From NCBI GenBank assembly GCA_964016885.1, contig CAXHJY010000096.1:2604001-2668000 (forward strand): a stretch of 64,000 bases of DNA, in the 5' to 3' direction. The position numbers and the translations under genes are program-made. Positions within the stretch are counted from its first letter, which is position 1; each line of letters opens with the position of its first letter. This stretch comes from Eledone cirrhosa. Taxonomy: Eukaryota. The notes below the pieces were generated by a model. The model saw nothing but the letters and a program-made list of their open reading frames with translations. It was not told where the DNA came from and did not search any database. Below are positions 11,370 to 25,100 of the stretch, one piece after another.

Positions 11370-13094
11370 GGGGGAGATAATTTGTAAAAAAATCAGGGGG
11401 AGATAATTTGTAAAAAAAATCAGGGGGAGATAATTTGTAAAAAAATCAGGGGGAGATAATTTGTAAAAAAAATCAGGGGGAGATAATTTGTAAAAAAAAT
11501 CATGGGGAGATAATTTGTAAAAAGAAATCAGGGGTAGATAATTTGTAAAAAAAAATCAGGGGGAGATAATTTGTAAAAAAAAATCAGGGGGAGATAATTT
11601 GTAAAAAAAATCAAGGGGAGATAATATCCAGCCGTCCAAGGAGAGATAATTTTAAAAAAAAATGAGGCGGAGATAATTTGTAAAAAAAAAAATCAGGGGG
11701 AGTTAATTTGTAAAAAAAAATGAGGGGGAGATAATTTGTAAAAAAAATCAAGGGGAGATAATTTCCAGCCGTCCAAGGGGAGATAATTTTCAGCCGTCCA
11801 AGGAGAGGTAATTTCTAGCCGTCCAAGGGGAGATAATTTCCAGCCGTCCAAGGGGAGGTAATTTCCAGCCGTCCAAGGGGAGATAATTTAAAAAAAAAAA
11901 TCAGGCGGAGATAATTTGTAAAAAAAATCAAGGGGAGATAATTTGCAGCCGTCCAAGGGGAGATAATTTTCAGTCGTCCAAGGAGAGGTAATTTCTAGCC
12001 GTCCAAGGGGAGATAATTTCCAGCCGTCCAAGGGGAGATAATTTCCAGCCGTCCAAGGGGAGATAATTTTTTTTAAAAAATCAGGCGGAGATAATTTGTA
12101 AAAAAAATCAGGGGGAGATAATTTGTAAACAAAATCAGGGGGAGATAATTTGTAAAAAAAAATCAGGGGGAGATAATTTGTGAAAAAAATTAGGCGTAGA
12201 TAATTTGTAAAAAAAAATCAGGGGGAGATAATTTGTAAAAAAATCAGGGGGAGATAATTTGTAAAAAAAATCAGGGGGAGATAATTTGTAAAAAAATCAG
12301 GGGGAGATAATTTGTAAAAAAAATCAGGGGGAGATAATTTGTAAAAAAAATCATGGGGAGATAATTTGTAAAAAGAAATCAGGGGTAGATAATTTTTAAA
12401 AAAAAATCAGGGGGAGATAATTTGTAAAAAAAAATCAGGGGGAGATAATTTGTAAAAAAAATCAAGGGGAGATAATATCCAGCCGTCCAAGGAGAGATAA
12501 TTTTAAAAAAAAATGAGGCGGAGATAATTTGTAAAAAAAAAAATCAGGGGGAGTTAATTTGTAAAAAAAAATGAGGGGGAGATAATTTGTAAAAAAAATC
12601 AAGGGGAGATAATTTCCAGCCGTCCAAGGGGAGATAATTTTCAGCCGTCCAAGGAGAGGTAATTTCTAGCCGTCCAAGGGGAGATAATTTCCAGCCGTCC
12701 AAGGGGAGGTAATTTCCAGCCGTCCAAGGGGAGATAATTTAAAAAAAAAAATCAGGCGGAGATAATTTGTAAAAAAAATCAAGAGGAGATAATTTGCAGC
12801 CGTCCAAGGGGAGATAATTTTCAGTCGTCCAAGGAGAGGTAATTTCTAGCCGTCCAAGGGGAGATAATTTCCAGCCGTCCAAGGGGAGATAATTTCCAGC
12901 CGTCCAAGGGGAGATAATTTTTTTTAAAAAATCAGGCGGAGATAATTTGTAAAAAAAATCAGGGGGAGATAATTTGTAAACAAAATCAGGGGGAGATAAT
13001 TTGTAAAAAAAAATCAGGGGGAGATAATTTGTAAAAAAAATTAGGCGTAGATAATTTGTAAAAAAAAATCAGGGGGAGATAATTTGTAAAAAAA
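11370..13094 (+). repeat. Tandem duplication, period 851 bp
   Basis: Markers at a constant offset of 851: aaagaaat 11524/12375, agttaattt 11701/12552, cagtcgtcc 11971/12822, tgtaaac 12130/12981. Confidence 0.9.
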
Positions 13095-16000
13095 AATCAG
13101 GGGGAGATAATTTGTTTAAAAAATCAAGGGGAGATAATTTGCAGCCGTCCAAGGGGAGATAATTTTCAGCCGTCCAAGGAGAGGTAATTTCTAGCCGTTC
13201 AAGGGGAGATAATTTCCAGCCGTCCAAGGGGAGATAATTTCCAGCCGTCCAAGGGGAGATAATTTTTTTTTAAAAATCAGGCGGAGATAATTTGTAAAAA
13301 AAAATCAGGTGGAGATAATTCGTAAAAAAAAATCAGGGGGAGATAATTTGTAAAAAAAAATCAGGGGGAGATAATTTGTAAAAAAAATCAAGGGGAGATA
13401 ATTTCCAGCCGTCCAAGGGGAGGTAATATCTAGCCGTCCAAGGGGAGATAATTTCCAGCCGTCCAAGGGGAGATAATTTCCAGCCGTCCAAGGGGAGATA
13501 ATTTCCAGCCGTCCAAGGAGACATATTTTCCAGCCGTCCAAGGCGAGGTAATTTCTAGCCGTCCAAGGGGAGATAAATTCCAGCCTCCAAGGGGAGATAA
13601 TTTCCAGCCAGCCAAGGGGAGATAATTTGTAAAAAAATCAGGGGGAGATAATTTGTAAAAAATATCAGGGAGATAATTTGTAAAAAAAAATCAGGGGGAG
13701 ATAATTTGTAAAAAAAATCAGGGGGAGATAATTTGTAAAAAAAAATCAGGGGGAGATAATTTGTAAAAAAAATCAAGGGGAGATAATTTCCAGCCGTCCA
13801 AGGGGAGATAATTTTCAGCCGTCCAAAGAGAGGTAATTTCTAACCGTCCGAGGAGAGATAATTTCCAGCCGTCCAAGGGGAGATAATTTCCAGCCGTCCA
13901 AGGGGAGATAATTTCCAGCCGTCCAAGGAGACATATTTTCCAGCCGTCCAAGGAGAGGTAATTTCTAGCCGTCCAAGGGGAGATAAATTCCAGCCTCCAA
14001 GGGGAGATAATTTCCAGCCAGCCAAATGGAGATAATTTGTAAAAAAATCAGGGGGAGATAATTTGCAAAAAAAATCAGGGGGAGATAATTTGTAAAAAAT
14101 AATCAGGGGGAGATAATTTCCAGCCGTCCAAGGGGAGATAATTTAAAAAAAAATCAGGCGGAGATAATTTGTAAAAAAAAATCAGGGGGAGATAATTTGT
14201 AAAAAAAAATCAGGGGGAGATAATTTGTAAAAAAAATCAAGGGGAGATAATTTCCAGCCGTCCAAGGGAAGATAATTTCCAGCCCTCCAAGGGGCTATAA
14301 TTTCCAGTGTCCAAGGGGAGATAATTTCCAGCCAGCGAAGGGGAGATAATTTTTTTAAAAAAATCATTGGGAGATTTGTAAAAAAAATCAGGGGGAGATA
14401 ATTTGTAAAAAAAATCAAGGGGAGATAATTTCCAGCCGTCCAAGGGGAGGTAATATCTAGCCGTCCAAGGGGAGATAATTTCCAGCCGTCCAAGGGGAGA
14501 TAATTTCCAGCCGTCCCAGGGTAGATAATATCCAGCCGCCCAAGGACATATTTTCCAGCCGTCCAAGGAGAGGTAATTTCTAGCCGTCCAAGGGGAGATA
14601 AATTCCAGCCTCCAAGGGGAGATAATTTCCAGCCAGCCAAGGGGAGATAATTTGTAAAAAAATCAGGGGGAGATAATTTGTAAAAAAAATCAGGGGGAGA
14701 TAATTTGTAAAAAAAAATCAGGGGGAGATAATTTGTAAAAAAAAATCAGGGGGAGATAATTTGCAAAAAAAATCAGGGGGAGATAATTTGTAAAAAAAAA
14801 TCAGGGGTAGATAATTTGTAAAAAAAAATCAGGGGGAGATAATTTGTAAAAAAAAATCAGGGGGAGATAATTTGTAAAAAAAATCAAGGGGAGATAATTT
14901 CCAGCCGTCCAAGGAGAGATAATTTTAAAAAAAATCCGGCGGAGATAATTTGTAAAAAAAAATCAGGGGGAGATAATTTGTAAAAAAAATCAGGGGGAGA
15001 TAATTTGTAAAAAAAAATCAGGGGTAGATAATTTGTAAAAAAAAATCAGGGGGAGATAATTTGTAAAAAAAAATCAGGGGGAGATAATTTGTAAAAAAAA
15101 TCAAGGGGAGATAATTTCCAGCCGTCCAAGGAGAGATAATTTTAAAAAAAATCAGGCGGAGATAATTTGTAAAAAAAAATTAGGGGGAGATAATTTGTAA
15201 AAAAAAATCAGGGGGAGATAATTTGTAAAAAAAATCAAGGGGAGATAATTTCCAGCCGTCCAAGGGGAGATAATTTTCAGTCGTCCAAGGGGAGATAATT
15301 TCCCGCCAGCCAAGGGAAGATAATATTCAAAAAAATCAGGCGGAGATAATTTGTAAAAAAAATCAGGGGGAGATAATTTGTAAAAAAATCAGGGGGAGAT
15401 AATTTGTAAAAAAAAAATCAGGGGGAGATAATTTGTAAAAAAAATCAGGGGGAGATAATTTGTAAAAAAAATCAGGGGTAGATAATTTGTAAAAAAAAAT
15501 CAGGGGGAGATAATTTGTAAAAAAAAATCAGGGGGAGATAATTTGTAAAAAAAATGAAAGGGGAGATAATATCCAGCCGTCCAAGGGGAGATAATTTCCA
15601 GCCGTCCAAGGGGAGATAATTTCCAGCCGTCCAAGGGGAGATAATTTCCATCCTTCCAAGGGGATATAATTTCCAGCCGTCCAAGGGGAGATAATTTCCA
15701 TCCTTCCAAGGGGATATAATTTCCAGCCGTCCAAGGGGAGATAATTTTCAGCCGTCCAAGGAGAGGTAATTTCTAGCCGTCCAAGGAGAGATAATTTCCA
15801 GCCGTCCAAGGGGAGATAATTTCCAGCCGTCCAAGGGGAGATAATTTCCAGCCGTCCAAGGAGACATATTTTCCAGCCGTCCAAGGAGAGGTAATTCCTA
15901 GCCGTCCAAGGGGAGATAAATTCCAGCCTCCAAGGGGAGATAATTTCCAGCCAGCCAAGGGGAGATAATTTGTAAAAAAAATCAGGGGGAGATAATTTGT

Positions 16001-19000
16001 AAAAAAAATCAGGGGGAGATAATTTGTAAAAAAAAATCAGGGGGAGATAATTTGTAAAAAATAATCAGGGGGAGATAATTTGTAAAAAAAATCAAGGGGA
16101 GATAATTTCCAGCCGTCCAAGGGGAGATAATTTTCAGCCGTCCAAGGGGAGATAATTTCCCGCCAGCCAAGGGAAGATAATATTTAAAAAAATTAGGCGG
16201 AGATAATTTGTAAAAAAATCAGGGGGAGATAATTTGTAAAAAAAATCAGGGGGAGATAATTTGTAAAAAAAATCAGGGGGAGATAATTTGTAAAAAAAAA
16301 TCAGGGGGAGATAATTTGTAAAAAAAATCAAGGGGAGATAATTTCCAGCCGTCCAAGGGAAGATAATTTCCAGCCCTCCAAGGGGCTATAATTTCCAGCG
16401 TCCAAGGGGAGATAATTTCCAGCCAGCGAAGGGGAGATAATTTTTTTTAAAAAATCATTGGGAGATTTGTAAAAAAAATCAGGGGGAGATAATTTGTAAA
16501 AAAAATCAAGGGGAGATAATTTCCAGCCGTCCAAGGGGAGGTAATATCTAGCCGTCCAAGGGGAGATAATTTCCAGCCGTCCAAGGGGAGATAATTTCCA
16601 GCCGTCCAAGGGTAGATAATATCCAGCCGTCCAAGGACATATTTTCCAGCCGTCCAAGGAGAGGTAATTTCTAGCCGTCCAAGGGGAGATAAATTCCAGC
16701 CTCCAAGGTGAGATAATTTCCAGCCAGCCAAGGGGAGATAATTTGTAAAAAAATCAGGGGGAGATAATTTGTAAAAAAAATCAGGGGGAGATAATTTGTA
16801 AAAAAAAATCAGGGGGAGATAATTTGTAAAAAAAAATCAGGGGGAGATAATTTGTAAAAAAAAATCAGGGGGAGATAATTTGTAAAAAAATCAAGGGGAG
16901 ATAATTTCCAGCCGTCCAAGGGGAGATAATTTTCAGCCGTCCAAGGGGAGATAATTTCCCGCCAGCCAAGGGAAGATAATATTTGAAAAAATCAGGCGGA
17001 GATAATTTGTAAAAAAAATCAGGGGTAGATAATTTGTAAAAAAATCAGGGGGAGATAATTTGTAAAAAAAAAATCAGGGGGAGATAATTTGTAAAAAGAA
17101 TCAGGGGGAGATAATTTGTAAAAAAAAATCAGGGGTAGATAAATTGTAAAAAAAAATCAGGGGGAGATAATTTGTAAAAAAAATCAGGGGGAGATAATTT
17201 GTAAAAAAAATGAAAGGGGAGATAATATCCAGCCGTCCAAGGGGAGATAATTTCCAGCCGTCCAAGGGGAGATAATTTCCAGCCGTCCAAGGGGAGATAA
17301 TTTCCATCCTTCCAAGGGGATATAATTTCCAGCCGTCCAAGGGGAGATAATTTCCCGCCAGCCAAGGGAAGATAATTTTTAAAAAAATCAGGCGGAGATT
17401 GTAAAAAAAATCAGGGGGGAGATAATTTGTAAAAAAATCAGGGGGAGATAATTTGTAAAAAAAAATCAGGGGGAGATAATTTGTAAAAAATATTCAGGGG
17501 GAGATAATTTGTAAAAAAAATCAAGGGGAGATAATTTCCAGCCGTCCAAGGGGAGATAATTTCCCGCCAGCCAAGGGAAGATAATATTTAAAAAAATTAG
17601 GCGGAGATAATTTGTAAAAAAAATCAGGGGGAGATAATTTGTAAAAAAATCAGGGGGAGATAATTTGTAAAAAAAATCAGGGGGAGATAATTTGTAAAAA
17701 AATTCATGGGGAGATAATTTGTAAAAAAAAATCAGGGGTAGATAATTTGTAAAAAAAAATCAGGGGGAGATAATTTGTAAAAAAAAATCAGGGGGAGATA
17801 ATTTGTAAAAAAAATCAAGGGGAGATAATTTCCAGCCGTCCAAGGGGAGATAATTTTCAGCCGTCCAAGGAGAGGTAATTTCTAGCCGTCCAAGGGGAGA
17901 TAATTTCCAGCCGTCCAAGGGGAGGTAATTTCCAGCCGTCCAAGGGGAGATAATTTTAAAAAAAAAATCAGTCGGAGATAATTTGTAAAAAAAATCAAGG
18001 GGAGATAATTTGCAGCCGTCCAAGGGGAGATAATTTTCAGTCGTCCAAGGAGAGGTAATTTCTAGCCGTCCAAGGGGAGATAATTGCCAGCCGTCCAAGG
18101 GGAGATAATTTCCAGCCGTCCAAGGGGAGATAATTTTTTTTAAAAAATCAGGCGGAGATAATTTGTAAAAAAAATCAGGGGGAGATAATTTGTAAACAAA
18201 ATCAGGGGGAGATAATTTGTAAAAAAAAATCAGGGGGAGATAATTTGTAAAAAAAATCATGGAGAGATAATTTCCAGCCGTCCAAGGTGAGATAATTTCC
18301 AGCCGTCCAAGGAGACATATTTTCCAGCCGTCCAAGGCGAGGTAATTTCTAGCCGTCCAAGGGGAGATAAATTCCAGCCTCCAAGGGGAGATAATTTCCA
18401 GCTAGCCAAGTGGAGATAATTTGTAAAAAAATCAGGGGGAGATAATTTGTAGAAAATATCAGGGAGATAATTTGTAAAAAAAAATCAGTGGGAGATAATT
18501 TGTAAAAAAAATCAGGGGGAGATAATTTGTAAAAAAAAATCAGGGGGAGATAATTTGTAAAAAAAATCAAGGGGAGATAATTTCCAGCCGTCCAAGGGGA
18601 GATAATTTTCAGCCGTCCAAGGGGAGATAATTTCCCGCCAGCCAAGGGAAGATAATATTTAAAAAAATCAGGCGGAGATAATTTGTAAAAAAAATCAGGG
18701 GGAGATAATTTGTAAAAAAATCAGGGGGAGATAATTTGTAAAAAAAAAATCAGGGGGAGATAATTTGTAAAAAAAATCAGGGGGAGATAATTTGTAAAAA
18801 AAAATCAGGGATAGATAATTTGTAAACAAAAATCAGGGGGAGATAATTTGTAAAAAAAAATCAGGGGGAGATAATTTGTAAAAAAAATGAAAGGGGAGAT
18901 AATATCCAGCCGTCCAAGGGGAGATAATTTCCAGCCGTCCAAGGGGATATAATTTCCAGCCGTCCAAGGGGAGATAATTTCCATCCTTCCAAGGGGATAT

Positions 19001-19117
19001 AATTTCCAGCCGTCCAAGGGGAGATAATTTCCCGCCAGCCAAGGGAAGATAATTTTTAAAAAAATCAGGCGGAGATTGTAAAAAAAATCAGGGGGGAGAT
19101 AATTTGTAAAAAAATCA

Positions 19118-22100
19118 GGGGGAGATAATTTGTAAAAAATAATCAGGGGGAGATAATTTGTAAAAAAATTCAAGGGGAGATAATTTCCAGCCGTCCAAGG
19201 GGAGATAATTTCCCGCCAGCCAAGGGAAGATAATATTTAAAAAAATTAGGCGGAGATAATTTGTAAAAAAAATCAGGGGGAGATAATTTGTAAAAAAATC
19301 AGGGGGAGATAATTTGTAAAAAAAATCAGGGGGAGATAATTTGTAAAAAAAATCATGGGGAGATAATTTGTAAAAAAAAATCAGGGGTAGATAATTTGTA
19401 AAAAAAAATCAGGGGGAGATAATTTGTAAAAAAAAATCAGGGGGAGATAATTTGTAAAAAAAATCAAGGGGAGATAATATCCAGCCGTCCAAGGAGAGAT
19501 AATTTAAAAAAAAAATGAGGCGGAGATAATTTGTAAAAAAAAAATCAGGGGGAGTTAATTTGTAAAAAAAAATGAGGGGGAGATAATTTGTAAAAAAAAT
19601 CAAGGGGAGATAATTTCCAGCCGTCCAAGGGGAGATAATTTTCAGCCGTCCAAGGAGAGGTAATTTCTAGCCGTCCAAGGGGAGATAATTTCCAGCCGTC
19701 CAAGGGGAGGTAATTTCCAGCCGTCCAAGGGGAGATAATTTAAAAAAAAAAATCAGGCGGAGATAATTTGTAAAAAAAATCAAGGGGAGATAATTTGCAG
19801 CCGTCCAAGGGGAGATAATTTTCAGTCGTCCAAGGAGAGGTAATTTCTAGCCGTCCAAGGGGAGATAATTTCCAGCCGTCCAAGGGGAGATAATTTCCAG
19901 CCGTCCAAGGGGAGATAATTTTTTTTAAAAAATCAGGCGGAGATAATTTGTAAAAAAAATCAGGGGGAGATAATTTGTAAACAAAATCAGGGGGAGATAA
20001 TTTGTAAAAAAAAATCAGGGGGAGATAATTTGTAAAAAAAATTAGGCGTAGATAATTTGTAAAAAAAAATCAGGGGGAGATAATTTGTAAAAAAAAATCA
20101 GGGGGAGATAATTTGTTTAAAAAATCAAGGGGAGATAATTTGCAGCCGTCCAAGGGGAGATAATTTTCAGCCGTCCAAGGAGAGGTAATTTCTAGCCGTT
20201 CAAGGGGAGATAATTTCCAGCCGTCCAAGGGGAGATAATTTCCAGCCGTCCAAGGGGAGATAATTTTTTTTAAAAAATCAGGCGGAGATAATTTGTAAAA
20301 AAAAATCAGGGGGAGATAATTCGTAAAAAAAAATCAGGGGGAGATAATTTGTAAAAAAAAATCAGGGGGAGATAATTTGTAAAAAAAATCAAGGGGAGAT
20401 AATTTCCAGCCGTCCAAGGGGAGGTAATATCTAGCCGTCCAAGGGGAGATAATTTCCAGCCGTCCAAGGGGAGATAATTTCCAGCCGTCCAAGGGGAGAT
20501 AATTTCCAGCCGTCCAAGGAGACATATTTTCCAGCCGTCCAAGGCGAGGTAATTTCTAGCCGTCCAAGGGGAGATTAATTCCAGCCTCCAAGGGGAGATA
20601 ATTTCCAGCCAGCCAAGGGGAGATAATTTGTAAAAAAATCAGGGGGAGATAATTTGTAAAAAATATCAGGGAGATAATTTGTAAAAAAAAATCAGGGGGA
20701 GATAATTTGTAAAAAAAATCAGGGGGAGATAATTTGTAAAAAAAAATCAGGGGGAGATAATTTGTAAAAAAAATCAAGGGGAGATAATTTCCAGCCGTCC
20801 AAGGGGAGATAATTTTCAGCCGTCCAAGGAGAGGTAATTTCTAACCGTCCGAGGAGAGATAATTTCCAGCCGTCCAAGGGGAGATAATTTCCAGCCGTCC
20901 AAGGGGAGATAATTTCCAGCCGTCCAAGGAGACATATTTTCCAGCCGTCCAAGGAGAGGTAATTTCTAGCCGTCCAAGGGGAGATAAATTCCAGCCTCCA
21001 AGGGGAGATAATTTCCAGCCAGCCAAGGGGAGATAATTTGTAAAAAAATCAGGGGGAGATAATTTGCAAAAAAAATCAGGGGGAGATAATTTGTAAAAAA
21101 AATCAGGGGGAGATAATTTGTAAAAAATAATCAGGGGGAGATAATTTCCAGCCGTCCAAGGAAGATAATTTCCAGCCCTCCAAGGGGCTATAATTTCCAG
21201 TGTCCAAGGGGAGATAATTTCCAGCCAGCGAAGGGGAGATAATTTTTTTTAAAAAATCATTGGGAGATTTGTAAAAAAAATCAGGGGGAGATAATTTGTA
21301 AAAAAAATCAAGGGGAGATAATTTCCAGCCGTCCAAGGGGAGGTAATATCTAGCCGTCCAAGGGTAGATAATTTCCAGCCGTCCAACGGGAGATAATTTC
21401 CAGCCGTCCAAGGGTAGATCATATCCAGCCGCCCAAGGACATATTTTCCAGCCGTCCAAGGAGAGGTAATTTCTAGCCGTCCAAGGGGAGATAATTTCCA
21501 GCCGTCCAAGGGTAGATAATATCCAGCCGTCCAAGGACATATTTTCCAGCCGTCCAAGGAGAGGTAATTTCTAGCCGTCCAAGGGGAGATAAATTCCAGC
21601 CTCCAAGGGGAGATAATTTCCAGCCAGCCAAGGGGAGATAATTTGTAAAAAAATCAGGGGGAGATAATTTGTAAAAAAAATCAGGGGGAGATAATTTGTA
21701 AAAAAAAATCAGGGGGAGATAATTTGTAAAAAAAAATCAGGGTGAGATAATTTGCAAAAAAAATCAGGGGGAGATAATTTGTAAAAAAAAATCAGGGGTA
21801 GATAATTTGTAAAAAAAAATCAGGGGGAGATAATTTGTAAAAAAAAATCAGGGGGAGATAATTTGTAAAAAAAATCAAGGGGAGATAATTTCCAGCCGTC
21901 CAAGGAGAGATAATTTAAAAAAAAATCAGGCGGAGATAATTTGTAAAAAAAAATCAGGGGGAGATAATTTGTAAAAAAAATCAGGGGGAGATAATTTGTA
22001 AAAAAAAATCAGGGGTAGATAATTTGTAAAAAAAAATCAGGGGGAGATAATTTGTAAAAAAAAATCAGGAGGAGATAATTTGTAAAAAAAATCAAGGGGA

Positions 22101-25100
22101 GATAATTTCCAGCCGTCCAAGGAGAGATAATTTAAAAAAAAATCAGGCGGAGATAATTTGTAAAAAAAAATCAGGGGGAGATAATTTGTAAAAAAAAATC
22201 AGGGGGAGATAATTTGTAAAAAAAATCAAGGGGAGATAATTTCCAGCCGTCCAAGGGGAGATAATTTTCAGCCGTCCAAGGGGAGATAATTTCCCGCCAG
22301 CCAAGGGAAGATAATATTCAAAAAAATCAGGCGGAGATAATTTGTAAAAAAAATCAGGGGGAGATAATTTGTAAAAAAATCAGGGGGAGATAATTTGTAA
22401 AAAAAAAATCAGGGGGAGATAATTTGTAAAAAAAATCAGGGGGAGATAATTTGTAAAAAAAATCAGGGGTAGATAATTTGTAAAAAAAAATCAGGGGGAG
22501 ATAATTTGTAAAAAAAAATCAGGGGGAGATAATTTGTAAAAAAAATGAAAGGGGAGATAATATCCAGCCGTCCAAGGGGAGATAATTTCCAGCCGTCCAA
22601 GGGGAGATAATTTCCAGCCGTCCAAGGGGAGATAATTTCCATCCTTCCAAGGGGATATAATTTCCAGCCGTCCAAGGGGAGATAATTTCCATCCTTCCAA
22701 GGGGATATAATTTCCAGCCGTCCAAGGGGAGATAATTTTCAGCCGTCCAAGGAGAGGTAATTTCTAGCCGTCCAAGGAGAGATAATTTCCAGCCGTCCAA
22801 GGGGAGATAATTTCCAGCCGTCCAAGGGGAGATAATTTCCAGCCGTCCAAGGAGACATATTTTCCAGCCGTCCAAGGAGAGGTAATTCCTAGCCGTCCAA
22901 GGGGAGATAAATTCCAGCCTCCAAGGGGAGATAATTTCCAGCCAGCCAAGGGGAGATAATTTGTAAAAAAAATCAGGGGGAGATAACTTGTAAAAAAAAT
23001 CAGGGGGAGATAATTTGTAAAAAAAAATCAGGGGTAGATAATTTGTAAAAAATAATCAGGGGGAGATAATTTGTAAAAAAAATCAAGGGGAGATAATTTC
23101 CAGCCGTCCAAGGGGAGATAATTTTCAGCCGTCCAAGGGGAGATAATTTCCCGCCAGCCAAGGGAAGATAATATTTAAAAAAATTAGGCGGAGATAATTT
23201 GTAAAAAAAATCAGGGGGAGATAATTTGTAAAAAAATCAGGGGGAGATAATTTGTAAAAAAAATCAGGGGGTGATAATTTGTAAAAAAAATCAGGGGGAG
23301 ATAATTTGTAAAAAAAAATCAGGGGGAGATAATTTGTAAAAAAAATCAAGGGGAGATAATTTCCAGCCGTCCAAGGGAAGATAATTTCCAGCCCTCCAAG
23401 GGGCTATAATTTCCAGCGTCCAAGGGGAGATAATTTCCAGCCAGCGAAGGGGAGATAATTTTTTTTAAAAAATCATTGGGAGATTTGTAAAAAAAATCAG
23501 GGGGAGATAATTTGTAAAAAAAATCAAGGGGAGATAATTTCCAGCCGTCCAAGGGGAGGTAATATCTAGCCGTCCAAGGGGAGATAATTTCCAGCCGTCC
23601 AAGGGGAGATAATTTCCAGCCGTCCAAGGGTAGATAATATCCAGCCGTCCAAGGACATATTTTCCAGCCGTCCAAGGAGAGGTAATTTCTAGCCGTCCAA
23701 GGGGAGATAAATTCCAGCCTCCAAGGTGAGATAATTTCCAGCCAGCCAAGGGGAGATAATTTGTAAAAAAATCAGGGGGAGATAATTTGTAAAAAAAATC
23801 AGGGGGAGATAATTTGTAAAAAAAAATCAGGGGGAGATAATTTGTAAAAAAAAATCAGGGGGAGATAATTTGTAAAAAAAAATCAGGGGGAGATAATTTG
23901 TAAAAAAATTCAAGGGGAGATAATTTGTAAAAAATAATCAGGGGGAGATAATTTGTAAAAAAATTCAAGGGGAGATAATTTCCAGCCGTCCAAGGGGAGA
24001 TAATTTCCCGCCAGCCAAGGGAAGATAATATTTAAAAAAATTAGGCGGAGATAATTTGTAAAAAAAATCAGGGGGAGATAATTTGTAAAAAAATCAGGGG
24101 GAGATAATTTGTAAAAAAAATCAGGGGGAGATAATTTGTAAAAAAAATCATGGGGAGATAATTTGTAAAAAAAAATCAGGGGTAGATAATTTGTAAAAAA
24201 AAATCAGGGGGAGATAATTTGTAAAAAAAAATCAGGGGGAGATAATTTGTAAAAAAAATCAAGGGGAGATAATATCCAGCCGTCCAAGGAGAGATAATTT
24301 AAAAAAAAAATGAGGCGGAGATAATTTGTAAAAAAAAAATCAGGGGGAGTTAATTTGTAAAAAAAAATGAGGGGGAGATAATTTGTAAAAAAAATCAAGG
24401 GGAGATAATTTCCAGCCGTCCAAGGGGAGATAATTTTCAGCCGTCCAAGGAGAGGTAATTTCTAGCCGTCCAAGGGGAGATAATTTCCAGCCGTCCAAGG
24501 GGAGGTAATTTCCAGCCGTCCAAGGGGAGATAATTTTAAAAAAAAAATCAGGCGGAGATAATTTGTAAAAAAAATCAAGGGGAGATAATTTGCAGCCGTC
24601 CAAGGGGAGATAATTTTCAGTCGTCCAAGGAGAGGTAATTTCTAGCCGTCCAAGGGGAGATAATTTCCAGCCGTCCAAGGGGAGATAATTTCCAGCCGTC
24701 CAAGGGGAGATAATTTTTTTTAAAAAATCAGGCGGAGATAATTTGTAAAAAAAATCAGGGGGAGATAATTTGTAAACAAAATCAGGGGGAGATAATTTGT
24801 AAAAAAAAATCAGGGGGAGATAATTTGTAAAAAAAATTAGGCGTAGATAATTTGTAAAAAAAAATCAGGGGGAGATAATTTGTAAAAAAAAATCAGGGGG
24901 AGATAATTTGTTTAAAAAATCAAGGGGAGATAATTTGCAGCCGTCCAAGGGGAGATAATTTTCAGCCGTCCAAGGAGAGGTAATTTCTAGCCGTTCAAGG
25001 GGAGATAATTTCCAGCCGTCCAAGGGGAGATAATTTCCAGCCGTCCAAGGGGAGATAATTTTTTTTTAAAAATCAGGCGGAGATAATTTGTAAAAAAAAA

